A DNA stretch of 64,000 bases from an uncultured delta proteobacterium (GTDB lineage Bacteria > Myxococcota_A > Polyangia > Polyangiales > Polyangiaceae): positions 640,001-704,000 of the forward strand of contig CAWKKR010000008.1 in the NCBI GenBank assembly GCA_963850305.1, in the 5' to 3' direction. A program made the translations under genes and the position numbers. The notes under the pieces were generated by a model, which made no database searches, had not been told where the DNA came from, and saw only the letters and a list, made by a program, of their open reading frames with translations. Positions 49,193 through 63,681 of this stretch are shown here, one piece after another. The first letter of the stretch is position 1. Each line of letters begins with the position of its first letter.

Positions 49193-49752
49193 GCCGCGCC
49201 TCCCTCACGAGCCGGAGGAGTTGCACCGACAGCGAACTTCGACACCGGATAATCCACGGCGACCTCGTCGAGTGTCTTGCCGCGAGCGCTTGCGACGTTC
49301 TCCGGCGAGCGCAGGCCGCGCAGTGCTTCGATCGTCGCGTAGACCGCGTTGTACTTGTTCGAAGAGCCGAGACACTTCGACAGGATGTCTTGAATACCCG
49401 CAGACTCGACCACCGCGCGAACCGCACCACCAGCAATGACGCCAGTCCCCGGCGCTGCCGGGCGCAACAGGACTTTCCCAGCCCCGAAGTGACCCGTCAC
49501 ATCGTGCGGGATAGTCGAGCCGATCATCGGTACCTTGAACATGCTCTTCCGAGCCTGATCGTTCCCCTTCCGAATGGCCTCCGGCACCTCGTTCGCTTTG
49601 CCGAGGCCGACGCCGACATGGCCGGATTCGTCTCCGACGACGACCAGCGCCGAGAAGCTGAAGCGGCGTCCGCCTTGAACGACCTTCGCGACGCGGTTGA
49701 TGTGAATCACCCGCTCCTTGAGCCTGTCTTCCTCGAAGTCCTCGAATGCCAT
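49189..49752 (-). CDS. rpsE: 30S ribosomal protein S5
   Basis: [24 protein letters not shown]. Confidence 0.98.
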   Translation of the reverse strand: MAFEDFEEDRLKERVIHINRVAKVVQGGRRFSFSALVVVGDESGHVGVGLGKANEVPEAIRKGNDQARKSMFKVPMIGSTIPHDVTGHFGAGKVLLRPAAPGTGVIAGGAVRAVVESAGIQDILSKCLGSSNKYNAVYATIEALRGLRSPENVASARGKTLDEVAVDYPVSKFAVGATPPAREGGAA

Positions 49753-49774
49753 CGTTGTGTCCTGGAGCTTGCGC

Positions 49775-50134
49775 TCAGAAGCTGAGACCTGCTTCGCGGG
49801 CCGCGTCCGCGAGCGCCTTGACGCGACCGTGATAGAGGTAACCGTTGCGATCGAACACGACCTTGTCGAGGTTCTTCCCCAAACAAATCTTGGCGATGAG
49901 CGCTCCCACCTTTTTGGCGGAGTCCGTCTTGTTATCCTCGGAAGTGGTGCCCTTGAGATCGCGAGAGAGGCTCGATGCCGCGGCGAGCGTCTTGCCCGTC
50001 GCGTCATCCACGACCTGCGCGTAGATGTGTTTCGAGCTCCGAAACACGCTGAGCCGCGGACGTTCAATGGTTCCAGAAATCTTTCTCCGGATGCGCAGCT
50101 TCCGTCGTTCTCGCCCGATGAGCTTCTTTGCCAT
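49775..50134 (-). CDS. rplR: 50S ribosomal protein L18
   Basis: [25 protein letters not shown]. Confidence 0.98.
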   Translation of the reverse strand: MAKKLIGRERRKLRIRRKISGTIERPRLSVFRSSKHIYAQVVDDATGKTLAAASSLSRDLKGTTSEDNKTDSAKKVGALIAKICLGKNLDKVVFDRNGYLYHGRVKALADAAREAGLSF

Positions 50135-50143
50135 CCTTGCCTG

Positions 50144-50740
50144 CTACTTCTTGCCGGCTTTGCCGGCTTTGCCGGCTTTGCGCCGGACGTTCTCGCCGCG
50201 ATAGCGGACTCCCTTGCCGGCGTAGGGCTCGGGCGGACGAAACGATCGCACGGTTGCCGCCACCTGACCGAGCACCGCCTTGTCAGCGGAGTTCAGCACG
50301 ATGATGGTTCCCTTCGATTCGGCCGGAATAGACGCCGTCACGCCCTGCGGGAGGGGAAAAACCACGGCGTGCGACAACCCGAGCGCTAGATGGAGGGCAC
50401 CTGCCTTGATCTCGCACCGGTAGCCGGTGCCCACCAGCTCCAATATCCGCTCGTAGCCCTCGGAAGCGCCCTTGACGTGGCTCGCAATGAGCGCCCGTGC
50501 AAGGCCCTGCCAACGAGCGGCGTCTCGACCACCTGCCGAGCTCGTGACCGTGATCTTGTCGCCCGTCTGCGCGACGGTGACCGTTGGCGGAAGCGGCGTG
50601 CTGAGCTTTCCCTTCGGCCCCTGGACGTTCACCTGGCCGCCGGAAAGCGCGACCGTGACGCCCTTCGGAAGCACGATTGCGCGCTTGCCGACGCGCGACA
50701 GAATCTGCTTCTCGGTCGTTGCTTGTACCGCCGCGCCCAT
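50144..50740 (-). CDS. rplF: 50S ribosomal protein L6
   Basis: [20 protein letters not shown]. Confidence 0.97.
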   Translation of the reverse strand: MGAAVQATTEKQILSRVGKRAIVLPKGVTVALSGGQVNVQGPKGKLSTPLPPTVTVAQTGDKITVTSSAGGRDAARWQGLARALIASHVKGASEGYERILELVGTGYRCEIKAGALHLALGLSHAVVFPLPQGVTASIPAESKGTIIVLNSADKAVLGQVAATVRSFRPPEPYAGKGVRYRGENVRRKAGKAGKAGKK

Positions 50741-51150
50741 CACCACACCTCGCACAGGAGCTCGCCACCAACCTTGCGGCGCCGCGCTTCCTTGTCCGTC
50801 ATGAGCCCGGCAGACGTGCTCAGAATCGAAACTCCGAGACCCGACAGCACGCGCGGAATGTTCTCGTAGCCGACGTAGACACGTCGTCCAGGCCGCGAAA
50901 CGCGGCGAATTCCTGCAAACGCGGAGTCCTTCTCGCGGTTGTACTTCAGCACCACCCGAATCTGGGGGTGCTTGTGCGCGTTTCCCTCTCCGGGACTCTC
51001 TTCCCGCACGTCCGCGATGAAGCCTTCGCTCTTCAGAATCTCTGCGATTGCCTTCTTGATCTTGCTCGCGGGCATCAACGTGGACGCGTGACGAGCCATC
51101 GAGGCGTTACGGATTCTCGCAAGCATGTCGGCGATGGGATCAGTCGTCAT
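50740..51150 (-). CDS. rpsH: 30S ribosomal protein S8
   Basis: DPIADML, SRPGRRVY, GGELLCEVW. Confidence 0.98.
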   Translation of the reverse strand: MTTDPIADMLARIRNASMARHASTLMPASKIKKAIAEILKSEGFIADVREESPGEGNAHKHPQIRVVLKYNREKDSAFAGIRRVSRPGRRVYVGYENIPRVLSGLGVSILSTSAGLMTDKEARRRKVGGELLCEVW

Positions 51151-51156
51151 CGTTCC

Positions 51157-51342
51157 TCACCAGCTCGCCTTCGTGACGCCCGGAAGCTCGCCCTTCAATG
51201 CGAGACTCCGGAAACACAACCGGCACAAGTTGAAGTCGCGGTATACGGCGCGACCGCGGCCGCACGTATGACAGCGATTGTGATGCCGCGTCGAAAATTT
51301 CGGGGGACGGTTCAGTTTCGCCCACTGGGATGCACGCGCCAT
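51157..51342 (-). CDS. rpsN: 30S ribosomal protein S14 (short Zn form)
   Basis: RCHTCGR...LCRLCFR...PGVTKASW. Confidence 0.97.
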   Translation of the reverse strand: MARASQWAKLNRPPKFSTRHHNRCHTCGRGRAVYRDFNLCRLCFRSLALKGELPGVTKASW

Positions 51343-51347
51343 CTTCG

Positions 51348-51902
51348 CTAGCTCCTGAATGGCATTCCGAGCCGTGCGAGGAGCTCCTTGGCTTCCTCGT
51401 TGGTCGGTGCCGTGGTCACGAACGTGATGTTCATGCCTTTGACGCTGTCGACACTGTCGAAGTTGATCTCGGGGAACACGATCTGTTCCTTGAGACCGAG
51501 GGTGTAGTTGCCCGCGCCATCAAAGGCCTTCGGGCTCGTGCCGCGGAAATCGCGGACGCGCGGCAGCGCGAGGGTGACGAGGCGGTCCATGAACTCCCAC
51601 ATACGCTCGCGCCGCAACGTGACCTTGACGCCAATCGGCAGGCCCTCGCGAAGCTTGAAGTTTGCGATTGCCTTCTTCGAGCGCGTCACGATGGGCTTCT
51701 GTCCGGTGATCGCCTTCAACTCCTCGACCGCGCTATCGATCACCTTCGGATTACCGACGGCCGCACCGAGACCCATGTTGATCACGATGCGCTGGAGGCG
51801 CGGCACCTGCATCGAGCTCGTGTACTCGAAGCGCTTCATCAGCGCCCCCACGATTTCCTTCTTGTAGCGCTCGCGCAGGCGAGGCTCGGGCATATCCGTC
51901 AT
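51348..51902 (-). CDS. rplE: 50S ribosomal protein L5
   Basis: [26 protein letters not shown]. Confidence 0.98.
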   Translation of the reverse strand: MTDMPEPRLRERYKKEIVGALMKRFEYTSSMQVPRLQRIVINMGLGAAVGNPKVIDSAVEELKAITGQKPIVTRSKKAIANFKLREGLPIGVKVTLRRERMWEFMDRLVTLALPRVRDFRGTSPKAFDGAGNYTLGLKEQIVFPEINFDSVDSVKGMNITFVTTAPTNEEAKELLARLGMPFRS

Positions 51903-52219
51903 GATCCACTCTCTCCGACAATCTCCGCGCCGCTCCTCGCGATGCGAACCTTCTTGCCGTCCTTCATCTGGTGGCGAACGCGGGTGCGCTTGCCCGTGGT
52001 CGGATCGATCAACATCACCTTGCTCGCCGGGAACGGAGCCTCCACCTCGAGGATTCCGCCCGGGCGCTGCGGGGTTGCGGCGAGGTGCTTCTTCACGAGG
52101 TTCACTCCCTCCACCACGACGAGGTCCCGCTCGGGGACGACCCGAACGACCTTGCCCTGCTTGCCCTTGTCGTCGCCGTTGATGACCACGACTCGGTCGC
52201 CTTTGCGCACGCGGGCCAT
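51899..52219 (-). CDS. rplX: 50S ribosomal protein L24
   Basis: KOW motif [21 protein letters not shown]. Confidence 0.97.
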   Translation of the reverse strand: MARVRKGDRVVVINGDDKGKQGKVVRVVPERDLVVVEGVNLVKKHLAATPQRPGGILEVEAPFPASKVMLIDPTTGKRTRVRHQMKDGKKVRIARSGAEIVGESGS

Positions 52220-52587
52220 CAGAGAACCTCCGGCGCAAGCGAAACGATCTTCATGAATTTCTTGCCGCGCAACTCGCGCGCAACGGGGCCGAAGATTCGA
52301 GTTCCGATCGGCTCCTTCTGTGCGTTCAGCATGACGGCGCTGTTGGTATCGAAGCGGATGTAGCTACCGTCCGGGCGACGACATTCGCGCTTCACGCGCA
52401 CGACCACCGCCTTCGCGGTATCACCCTTCTTCACCTTACTGTCCGGAAGTGCCTCTTTGATCGCGACGACGATGACATCCCCGAGTCCCGCGTAACGCCG
52501 ACGCGAACCGCCTAGCACTTTCACACACTGGACGAGCTTCGCGCCGGAGTTGTCGGCGACATCCAGGAACGTCTGCGCTTGAATCAT
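52219..52587 (-). CDS. rplN: 50S ribosomal protein L14
   Basis: [27 protein letters not shown]. Confidence 0.99.
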   Translation of the reverse strand: MIQAQTFLDVADNSGAKLVQCVKVLGGSRRRYAGLGDVIVVAIKEALPDSKVKKGDTAKAVVVRVKRECRRPDGSYIRFDTNSAVMLNAQKEPIGTRIFGPVARELRGKKFMKIVSLAPEVL

Positions 52588-52593
52588 GACCCG

Positions 52594-52896
52594 CTACTCC
52601 TCCACCGCTCGAGCAACGAGCCGCACGACGGTGAAGCGCTTGTGACGCGACAACGGTCGGTGCTCCATGATCTCCACGCGGTCACCCACGCGGTACTCGT
52701 TCTTCTCGTCGTGGGCCTGGTAGCGCTTCCGCACCCGGACGTATTTCTTGTACATCCCGTGCACCTTGAATCGGACGACCTCGACAACGACGGTCTTGTC
52801 CATCTTGTTGCTCATCACACGGCCGATGAGCTTGCGCGGACCGGAATGACCGGGTTCGTGCTTCACGTGGCTTTCTGCATGGGTCGATTCGGTCAC
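52594..52896 (-). CDS. rpsQ: 30S ribosomal protein S17
   Basis: SNKMDKT, AHDE, RPLS. Confidence 0.97.
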   Translation of the reverse strand: MTESTHAESHVKHEPGHSGPRKLIGRVMSNKMDKTVVVEVVRFKVHGMYKKYVRVRKRYQAHDEKNEYRVGDRVEIMEHRPLSRHKRFTVVRLVARAVEE

Positions 52897-53111
52897 GACG
52901 CGCTACCTCCGGTGGAAGCGGGTGCGTTCTTGCGCTCACTGAGGATGCCCGCGATCCGGGCGATGTCGCGACGCGCCTTTTGGATCTGGCTCGTGTCGTC
53001 GAGCTGACTGGTGAAGTTCTTCATCCGGTTCCCGAAGAGCTCTTTCTTGAGACTCGCCTCCAGCTCCAGAAGGTCCTCGGTCGAACGAGCGCGCAGGTCC
53101 TTTGCGTTCAT
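52893..53111 (-). CDS. rpmC: 50S ribosomal protein L29
   Basis: MNAKDLR...KKELF...ARRDIARI. Confidence 0.95.
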   Translation of the reverse strand: MNAKDLRARSTEDLLELEASLKKELFGNRMKNFTSQLDDTSQIQKARRDIARIAGILSERKNAPASTGGSAS

Positions 53112-53524
53112 CAGAGCTCTCCTCGGGCCATGAACTTGACTGCGATCGGGAGCTTCGACGCGGCGATCCGGAATGCGTCCTTCGCCTCGTCTGCGGTCAC
53201 ACCGCCCAATTCGAAAAGAACTCGACCTGGCTTCACGACGGCAACCCACTGCTCGACGGAGCCTTTGCCCGAGCCCATGCGCACTTCGAGGGGCTTCTTC
53301 GTGATCGGCTTGTCGGGGAACACGCGGATCCAGAGGCTGCCCTGACGTTTGACTTTGCGAGTAATAGCCATGCGACCCGCCTCGATCTGCCGAGACGTTA
53401 GATGACCGCTTTCGAGGGCCATCATCCCGAAATCGCCGAACGAGACATCGCTGCCGCGCCACGCGACGCCGCGGTTCTTGCCCTTCTGTTGTTTCCTGAA
53501 CTTGGTGCGCTTCGGGGATAGCAT
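53111..53524 (-). CDS. rplP: 50S ribosomal protein L16
   Basis: [20 protein letters not shown]. Confidence 0.99.
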   Translation of the reverse strand: MLSPKRTKFRKQQKGKNRGVAWRGSDVSFGDFGMMALESGHLTSRQIEAGRMAITRKVKRQGSLWIRVFPDKPITKKPLEVRMGSGKGSVEQWVAVVKPGRVLFELGGVTADEAKDAFRIAASKLPIAVKFMARGEL

Positions 53525-53539
53525 CGGGTCCTCGAACGA

Positions 53540-54232
53540 TCACTGGAGGATGCGGCGCGCCTTGCGCTGCAAAACCTCGCCCTTGAAGATCCAAACTTTC
53601 ACGCCAATGACGCCATACGTGGTCCGAGCCTCCGCGAGCCCGAAGTCCACATCGGCGCGCAAGGTGTGGAGAGGCACCCGACCTTCGCGATACGTCTCCA
53701 CGCGCCCCATCTCGGCACCGCCGAGGCGGCCGGCACAACGGATACGAACGCCCTTGGCCCCGAACTTCATCGCCGTGGTGAGGGACTTCTTCATGGCGCG
53801 ACGAAACGCAATGCGGCGCTCGAGCTGCGTCGCGATGTTCTCGGCGACGAGCTGGGCGTTCGTCTCCGCCTTACGAACCTCCTGCACATCGATGAAAACC
53901 TCGTTCTTGGTGAACGATTGCACGCCCGGGAATTTCGTTTCGCCCTTGGCGGCCGTGTCGAGGTTCCCAATCTTCAGGATCTCGATGCCCTTGCCGCCCT
54001 TGCCGATCACCATGCCGGGGCGGGCGGTGTAGACGATGACCTTCACCTTGTTCGCCGCGCGCTCAATCTCCACGCTCGCCACGTTCGCGTTGTAGAGGTA
54101 GTCCTTCACGGCGCGCTTGATGCGAAGGTCTTCGTGCAGCCAGGTGCTGTATTGCTTGTCCTCGTACCATTTGCTGGTCCACGTCTTGATGACGCCGAGG
54201 CGGAAGCCATATGGATGTGTTTTCTGTCCCAT
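53540..54232 (-). CDS. rpsC: 30S ribosomal protein S3
   Basis: [27 protein letters not shown]. Confidence 0.99.
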   Translation of the reverse strand: MGQKTHPYGFRLGVIKTWTSKWYEDKQYSTWLHEDLRIKRAVKDYLYNANVASVEIERAANKVKVIVYTARPGMVIGKGGKGIEILKIGNLDTAAKGETKFPGVQSFTKNEVFIDVQEVRKAETNAQLVAENIATQLERRIAFRRAMKKSLTTAMKFGAKGVRIRCAGRLGGAEMGRVETYREGRVPLHTLRADVDFGLAEARTTYGVIGVKVWIFKGEVLQRKARRILQ

Positions 54233-54266
54233 TTCGTTTGCCTGAGTTTGTTCGGCTCGTCGGGTT

Positions 54267-54608
54267 CTAGCGCTGCTCGAGCGCGATATAGATGTGGCTC
54301 ACGCCCTTCTGGATGCGTGTCGCGCGCCCCATCGCGCGTGGGCGCCAGCGACGCATGTGCGAGTCGGGACCCTTGTCTACGGTCGCGACGCTTATAAAGA
54401 GAGCGTCGGTGTCGATCTGAGGATTCTTCTGGCGAGCGTTCGCCACCGCGCTCGCGATCAGCTTCTTCACGATCGGAGCGCCGCTCTTCGGCGTGAAGTC
54501 CAGAAGCTGAAGCGCTTCGGCAGCGTCGCGACCCCGAACGAGGTCCACGATCACTCGAGCTTTGCGCGGACTGATCCGCTGAAATCTGGCTGATGCCTTG
54601 CTTATCAT
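54267..54608 (-). CDS. rplV: 50S ribosomal protein L22
   Basis: SPRKAR, SAVANA, PRAMGRA. Confidence 0.97.
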   Translation of the reverse strand: MISKASARFQRISPRKARVIVDLVRGRDAAEALQLLDFTPKSGAPIVKKLIASAVANARQKNPQIDTDALFISVATVDKGPDSHMRRWRPRAMGRATRIQKGVSHIYIALEQR

Positions 54609-54625
54609 AGGGCAGTTTCTCCGTG

Positions 54626-54776
54626 TGAGACCCGCCGTCCCGTGAGGCGCGAATCGCCTCTCAATCCGACGCGGCGAGGTGCCTGAAGCCACCGACGATT
54701 CGCCGCCGCGTTCGGCTGTCGCGAGCCCAGATCGGGCCCGCGAAGAAGGGACCGGCTAACTAGCAGAGTGGTCTCA
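54626..54776 (-). ncRNA. Putative multibranch structured cis-RNA between rpsS and rplV
   Basis: Nested stems UGAGACC/GGUCUCA and CCGGUCCC/GGGACGG enclose three hairpins. G-U pairs work on the transcribed strand. Confidence 0.45.
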
Positions 54777-54838
54777 GCTAAGCAAGCAGAGGTCGAGAAG
54801 GCGCGGGGTCCGTCCGTAAAGCTGTACGGCCTTTCAGG

Positions 54839-55144
54839 CTACTTCTTTCCGGTAGTGGCGTTCTTGGTTGGACCGGCCTTCTTTTTATCCGCAGAGTGCC
54901 CGTGGAAGGTGCGCGTTGGCGCAAATTCCCCGAGCTTGTGGCCAACCATGTTCTCCGTGACGAAAACGGGTACGAATTTGCGTCCATTGTGGACCGCGAA
55001 CGTCAGCCCGACCGCTTCCGGAATGACCGTGGACCGGCGCGACCAGGTCTTGATCACCTTCTTCGCGTTCGCCGCGACCGCGTCGCCGATCTTCTTGGCG
55101 AGATGGCCGTCCACGAACGGCCCCTTCTTGATGCTTCTCGCCAT
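54839..55144 (-). CDS. rpsS: 30S ribosomal protein S19
   Basis: [21 protein letters not shown]. Confidence 0.98.
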   Translation of the reverse strand: MARSIKKGPFVDGHLAKKIGDAVAANAKKVIKTWSRRSTVIPEAVGLTFAVHNGRKFVPVFVTENMVGHKLGEFAPTRTFHGHSADKKKAGPTKNATTGKK

Positions 55145-55146
55145 GC

Positions 55147-55977
55147 TCAGCCCTTTGCCTTCCGGTGCTTCACGATCATCGAATCCGTTCGCTTGTTGTT
55201 GCGCGTCTTCAACCCCTTGGCGAGCTGCCCCCAAGGCGAGCACGGGTGCCGGCCGCCGCTGGTTCGTCCTTCACCGCCACCCATGGGGTGATCGACGGGG
55301 TTCATCGTGACGCCGCGGTTATGAGGACGTCGCCCTAGCCACCGCGTTCGCCCTGCTTTGCCAACTTTGATGTTCTGGTGCTCTTGATTCGACACCTGAC
55401 CGACGGTGGCGCGGCACTCGATGTGCACCTTACGAACCTCTCCGCTTGGGAGCTTCACGGTTGCGTACGCGCCTTCTTTCGCCATGAGCTGCGCGGCGAC
55501 GCCCGCGGACCGCACGAGCTGTCCGCCACGACCCTTCTTCATCTCGATCCCGTGGATCATCGTTCCCACCGGGATGTGCGCGAGTTGAAGGCAGTTCCCC
55601 GGTCGGATATCCGCGGTCTTGCTCGAGATGATCGAGTCCCCGACCTTCAGACCGTCGGGGGCGAGAATGTAACGTTTCTCGCCATCCGCGTAGTTGAGGA
55701 GAGCAATCCGTGCGGTGCGGTTGGGGTCGTATTCGATCGTTGCGACAATCGCGGGCACACCGATCTTGTCGCGTCGAAAGTCGATGACGCGAAACCGCCG
55801 CTTGTGTCCGCCGCCACGGAACCGCGACGTGATGCGACCGAGTGCGTTACGTCCACCAGTGCTGGTCTTCGCTGCGAGCAGCGCCTTGTGAGGCTGATCG
55901 GTGGTTATTTCGGTGAACTCGCTCACCGTGTACTGGCGACGACCATTCGAGGTCGGCTTGTAGGCTCGAATACCCAT
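55147..55977 (-). CDS. rplB: 50S ribosomal protein L2
   Basis: [19 protein letters not shown]. Confidence 0.99.
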   Translation of the reverse strand: MGIRAYKPTSNGRRQYTVSEFTEITTDQPHKALLAAKTSTGGRNALGRITSRFRGGGHKRRFRVIDFRRDKIGVPAIVATIEYDPNRTARIALLNYADGEKRYILAPDGLKVGDSIISSKTADIRPGNCLQLAHIPVGTMIHGIEMKKGRGGQLVRSAGVAAQLMAKEGAYATVKLPSGEVRKVHIECRATVGQVSNQEHQNIKVGKAGRTRWLGRRPHNRGVTMNPVDHPMGGGEGRTSGGRHPCSPWGQLAKGLKTRNNKRTDSMIVKHRKAKG

Positions 55978-55983
55978 TTTCGA

Positions 55984-56286
55984 TTACTCCGCGGACTCCG
56001 TGAAGAACTGGATGTCGCTTCCCTCGCGGAGAGTCACGATTGCTTTCTTCCAGTTTCGTCGCTTCGCAAGACCTTTGCCCATTCGCTTCTGTTTGCCGCG
56101 CTGGACGAGCGTGTTCACGCTCGCGACTTTTACATCGAAGAGACGTTCCACAGCCGCCTTGATCTCCAACTTGTTCGCCGAGGTTGCGACCTCGAACACG
56201 ACCTGATTGCTCTCCGCCTTCAGCCGAGCGGCTTTTTCGGTGAGCGCAATGGGACGACGAATGATTTTCTCGGGTGCCGAAATCAT
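55984..56286 (-). CDS. rplW: 50S ribosomal protein L23
   Basis: TEK, ANKLEIK, WKKAIVTL. Confidence 0.97.
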   Translation of the reverse strand: MISAPEKIIRRPIALTEKAARLKAESNQVVFEVATSANKLEIKAAVERLFDVKVASVNTLVQRGKQKRMGKGLAKRRNWKKAIVTLREGSDIQFFTESAE

Positions 56287-56918
56287 GGCTTCGCCCCTTT
56301 GCAGCGAGCTTCAAGGGCCTTCGCAGCGCCCCGCGATACGACAAGGTGATCGTGCCGGAGGAGATCGTAGACGTTGACTCCCTCCGGCGGAAGAAACTGC
56401 GAATCCTCGATATTGCGAATCGAGAGTCGTAAGGTCTCGTTACCCTTGTCGTCGACGACCAGTGTCTTTCTCGGGGCCTTGAGGGCAGAGAGCACGAGCG
56501 CCAGCTTCTTCGTTTTGATCTCGCCGAGGTCGATGTTGTCGACGACGGTGAATCGCCCCTCTTTCACCAGCAGACTCAGCGCGCTACGAAGTGCGCCCAC
56601 CCGGACGCGCCGCGGAGGCCGATAGCCGTATTCACGCGGGCGTGGAGGATGCGCGCGACCACCACCGACGAAGATGGGGGCCCGGATGTCTCCATGACGC
56701 GCCCCACCAGTGCCCTTTTGCTTGTAGATCTTCGCGGTCGAGCCGCGGACCGCCGCGCGCTCCTTGGCCGCCGCCGTCCCGGCTCGCTGAGACGCGAGCT
56801 GAGCGGTGACGACCTCGTGAAAGAGATGCTCCTTCACTTCCGTCGCGAAGACGTCGTCGGCGAGCTCGATCTCTCCGACTTTTTCGCGCTTGAGATTGAA
56901 GACGTCTAGTTTCGGCAT
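56283..56918 (-). CDS. rplD: 50S ribosomal protein L4
   Basis: QKGTGGARHG, GGG, SIRNI, NVYDLL. Confidence 0.98.
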   Translation of the reverse strand: MPKLDVFNLKREKVGEIELADDVFATEVKEHLFHEVVTAQLASQRAGTAAAKERAAVRGSTAKIYKQKGTGGARHGDIRAPIFVGGGRAHPPRPREYGYRPPRRVRVGALRSALSLLVKEGRFTVVDNIDLGEIKTKKLALVLSALKAPRKTLVVDDKGNETLRLSIRNIEDSQFLPPEGVNVYDLLRHDHLVVSRGAAKALEARCKGAKP

Positions 56919-56928
56919 GAGTGCCTCT

Positions 56929-57240
56929 TCAGCTCTTGATTTCGACGTCGACGCCGGCTGAGAGATCCAGCTTCATCAGAGCGTCGAGGGTTTGCGGCGT
57001 GGGCTCGAGAATATCGATGAGCCGGCGATGCGTGCGCACTTCGAACTGCTCGCGCGACTTCTTGTCCACGTGCGGACCGCGCAGAACCGTGTAGCGACGG
57101 ATACCCGTCGGCAGCGGAATGGGGCCCGCGACGCGAGCCCCGGTGCGTCGCGCCGTCTCCACGATATCGCCGGTCGATTTGTCAAGGAGTTGATGATCGA
57201 ACGCCTTGAGGCGGATTCGAATCTTCGTTGTGTCGACCAT
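56929..57240 (-). CDS. rpsJ: 30S ribosomal protein S10
   Basis: [24 protein letters not shown]. Confidence 0.99.
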   Translation of the reverse strand: MVDTTKIRIRLKAFDHQLLDKSTGDIVETARRTGARVAGPIPLPTGIRRYTVLRGPHVDKKSREQFEVRTHRRLIDILEPTPQTLDALMKLDLSAGVDVEIKS

Positions 57241-57248
57241 GGTTTTTC

Positions 57249-58439
<1,191 letters not shown>

Positions 58440-58478
58440 GTTCCTCTCGATTCTGTGACGGCGCTTGGCGACCGGAGC

Positions 58479-60602
<2,124 letters not shown>

Positions 60603-60641
60603 TCGGTTCTCGGGTTCTCGCTCTGTTGAGCCTTAGTTAGA

Positions 60642-60707
60642 CGAAACCCCCTCTGACCTCCGACTTCCCTCCATTCGGGAAGTTCCTTGTCGGTCAGAAG
60701 GGGTTCG
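60642..60707 (-). other. Long stem-loop in the rpsG-fusA spacer
   Basis: Stems CGAACCCCUUCUGACC/GGUCAGAGGGGGUUUCG and ACUUCCC/GGGAAGU. Confidence 0.6.
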
Positions 60708-60816
60708 GGGTGCATCGGTGGCGTCGCGCGAATGCGGCGCCGAGTGAGCGCAACCCGATCCTATGTCGTCTTGTTCATGAGGTTCTGAGGAGCTCCTTCG
60801 CTGAATTTGCCGTCGT

Positions 60817-61287
60817 TCACCAGCGATAGTGGGCGAACGCGCGGTTCGCTTCCGCCATGCGATGTGTGTCGTCCTTTTTCTTCACCGCGCCGCCGCGGAG
60901 CGCCGCTGCGTCGACGAACTCCGCCGCAAGGCGTTCGCGCATCGTCTTCTCACCGCGGGTCCGCGCGTGGATCACGAGCCAGCGCATGGCGAGCGCCACA
61001 CGCCGCTCCGGCCGCACTTCGACCGGAACCTGATACGTCGCGCCGCCAACCCGCCGGCTCTTCACTTCGAGCTTCGGCTTCACGTTGTCGAGGGCCTTCC
61101 GGAAGACCTCCAGCGGGTCCTCCTTGAAGCGCGCCTTGATGATGTCGAACGATCCGTAAAGGATCCCTTCAGCCGTCGACTTCTTCCCGCCGATCATCAG
61201 CGTGTTCGTGAATTTCGCGACGAGCTTGTCGCGATGGATCGGGTCAGGAAGAATTCTGCGCTTCGGTACTTCGCGTCGGCGAGACAT
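60817..61287 (-). CDS. rpsG: 30S ribosomal protein S7
   Basis: [26 protein letters not shown]. Confidence 0.99.
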   Translation of the reverse strand: MSRRREVPKRRILPDPIHRDKLVAKFTNTLMIGGKKSTAEGILYGSFDIIKARFKEDPLEVFRKALDNVKPKLEVKSRRVGGATYQVPVEVRPERRVALAMRWLVIHARTRGEKTMRERLAAEFVDAAALRGGAVKKKDDTHRMAEANRAFAHYRW

Positions 61288-61292
61288 CTACA

Positions 61293-61691
61293 TCATCCCT
61301 TCGGGCGCTTGACGCCGTACTTCGATCGCTTGCGGTTGCGATTTGCCTTGTTGGTGCTCGATGGCCCCATGGCGCCCGACGCGTCGAGCGTGCCGCGAAC
61401 GACGTGGTAGCGAACACCCGGGAGATCCTTCACACGACCGCCGCGAATGAGCACGACGCTATGCTCCTGCAAGTTGTGTCCCTCGCCCGGGATGTAACTG
61501 ATGACTTCCATTCCGTTCGTCAGACGAACGCGACAGACTTTCCGGAGCGCCGAGTTCGGCTTCTTCGGCGTCGTCGTATAGACGCGGACACACACGCCGC
61601 GCTTCTGTGGGCAGGAGCGAAGCGCCGGAGACGCGGTGCGCGTGCGAATGGCCTCGCGGCCGGTGCGGATGAGCTGCTGTATCGTCGGCAT
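61293..61691 (-). CDS. rpsL: 30S ribosomal protein S12
   Basis: [29 protein letters not shown]. Confidence 0.99.
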   Translation of the reverse strand: MPTIQQLIRTGREAIRTRTASPALRSCPQKRGVCVRVYTTTPKKPNSALRKVCRVRLTNGMEVISYIPGEGHNLQEHSVVLIRGGRVKDLPGVRYHVVRGTLDASGAMGPSSTNKANRNRKRSKYGVKRPKG

Positions 61692-61720
61692 GAAAAGCTT
61701 TGCAGTATTCGGGGCTGGCG

Positions 61721-61748
61721 AGGTTAGCCGCGTGTCGCGCCTTGTCAA
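61721..61748 (-). promoter_or_regulatory. Candidate sigma70 promoter of the str operon, TTGACA-N16-TAACCT
   Basis: Minus-strand -35 at 61748-61743 and -10 at 61726-61721, about 30 nt before the rpsL ATG. Confidence 0.6.
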
Positions 61749-61836
61749 GCTCATCCCGACGCGGCAGTTGAAGGATGTTACGGAACGGACGAGCAGGATT
61801 GGGGATCGGGACGGGGAACGAAGCTTACGAACGGCG

Positions 61837-63678
61837 TCAGAGCCGTGCAGATCCGTCGAGAACCTGACGCCACAAGGCGGGCGTCAGCTTCGTGTACCCG
61901 TCGTCCTGTCTCAGAAAGACTCGACCATCCTGGGCGACGGGGTCGATCCCCTCTCGGCGCAAGCTCAGCTTCTGAATCTTGAAAGTGGCGGTCGTGCTGA
62001 GCTCGTCGATGACGCGAACGAACCTCGGCTGCGCATACGCAGGAAGCTCCTGGGCGATCCGCCAGAACTCTTCCGGATCGAACGGCTCGGTGCAAACCAC
62101 CGCGGCAAGACCGGCTTGCCCTTCCATTCCGGGCACGTGAAAGCCGCAGACGGTCGTCTCCCGAACGCCAGGAGCCCGAGACAGCACGTCAGCGACCTCT
62201 GCGGTGGAGACGTTCTCGCCCTTCCACCTGTAGGTATCGCCGATACGGTCGACGAAGAAGAAATAATCTTCGGCATCGTAACGCATGAGATCGCCCGAGC
62301 GGTAATAGCGATCTCCCGTCTCGAACACGTCGCGCACGACCTTCTTGTCCGTGGCAGCGTCGTCCGTATACCCGCGGAACTCCGAGGCCGCACTGCGCGG
62401 TTCATCGTCGAGCTTGATCAACAGCTCCCCGGGTTCATCCACCGCGCATTCGATGCAGAAACCGTCACCGTCCCGAACGTAGTCATCCACGTCGACGTCG
62501 TACCGAACGATGCGCAGATGCGAGAGCCTTCGCATGGGGACACGTCCCACCGAACCCTGCTTACCCGTCAAGTTGACGATGATGCCGGGAGCCTCCGTTG
62601 CGCCGTAGAACTCGCGGATGTCGGGGATGTCGAAACGCTTCTGAAAGGGCCCCCACACGTCCGGCCGAAGTCCGTTTCCGAGCGCCACGCGAAGCGGGTT
62701 GTTACGTTCCGCCTCGCAAGGCGGTGTGTTCACGAGATATCGACAGAGCTCACCAATATAGATCATCGCCGTCGCGTTATAGCGCTGCACGTCGTCCCAG
62801 AACGCCTTTGCACTGAATGACGACCGCATGGCCATCGGCGTTCGGGTCATGATGCACGCTCCGACGCCGAGCAGCAGCGCGTTGGAGTGATAGAGCGGGA
62901 GCACATTGTAGAGCTTGTCGCCCGGCTTGAAGCCCCAGAAAAGCGGACCGAAGCTCGCCCCGCCGACGACGGCGCGCCCATGCGAAACCTTGCAGGGCTT
63001 CGGGAGACCCGTCGTCCCGGACGTGTAGATGTACACGTAGTCGTCGTTGGCGTTCATGGGCACACGCGGGAAGGCGCGCGCCGGAGCTTCCGCGAGCCGA
63101 TCTTCGAAATCCCCATTGTTGAATACGAAGATGCGTTCTAGCTGCGGCTTCAGATCAACGCGCGAGCGAAGGGTTTCCGCACTCTTTGCTTCGACGACGG
63201 CCACCCGGGCGCCGGATGCTTTGACCGCGTGTGAGAGCGGATGCCCCTCGAGATTCGAATTGATCAGCGCGGCGGTCGCACCGACCCGGTTGATGCCGAA
63301 CAGCGTCGCGATGTAGAGCGGCGAGTTCGTGCCGAGCAACGCGACGATGTCGCCTTTCTTGACGCCATGGTTCGAGAGCACGTGCGCGATCTGCGACGTC
63401 TTGTCGTCGAGCGCACCCCACGTATACCGCTCGTCGCCCATCTCGAACGCGAGTCCGAATGGATCGACCTTCGCGTTCTCCAGGACGACCTTCAACAAAT
63501 TCGCGTCGCTCTCCCCCTTGGCGCGAAACATCCACGGCAACGTGTATCGGAGCGCATTCGGCAGAAGCCCGAATTCCGTCCTGAGCGCATCGCGGAACTC
63601 CGCGCGACCGAGGTTACGTCCTAGATCGCCGAGAGCCCCGCGAAGGTTGCCCAGATATCCGCCACCAAGTGCGCCCAC
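61837..63678 (-). CDS. FATP/very-long-chain acyl-CoA synthetase family protein
   Basis: [60 protein letters not shown]. Confidence 0.93.
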   Translation of the reverse strand: MGALGGGYLGNLRGALGDLGRNLGRAEFRDALRTEFGLLPNALRYTLPWMFRAKGESDANLLKVVLENAKVDPFGLAFEMGDERYTWGALDDKTSQIAHVLSNHGVKKGDIVALLGTNSPLYIATLFGINRVGATAALINSNLEGHPLSHAVKASGARVAVVEAKSAETLRSRVDLKPQLERIFVFNNGDFEDRLAEAPARAFPRVPMNANDDYVYIYTSGTTGLPKPCKVSHGRAVVGGASFGPLFWGFKPGDKLYNVLPLYHSNALLLGVGACIMTRTPMAMRSSFSAKAFWDDVQRYNATAMIYIGELCRYLVNTPPCEAERNNPLRVALGNGLRPDVWGPFQKRFDIPDIREFYGATEAPGIIVNLTGKQGSVGRVPMRRLSHLRIVRYDVDVDDYVRDGDGFCIECAVDEPGELLIKLDDEPRSAASEFRGYTDDAATDKKVVRDVFETGDRYYRSGDLMRYDAEDYFFFVDRIGDTYRWKGENVSTAEVADVLSRAPGVRETTVCGFHVPGMEGQAGLAAVVCTEPFDPEEFWRIAQELPAYAQPRFVRVIDELSTTATFKIQKLSLRREGIDPVAQDGRVFLRQDDGYTKLTPALWRQVLDGSARL

Positions 63679-63681
63679 AGT

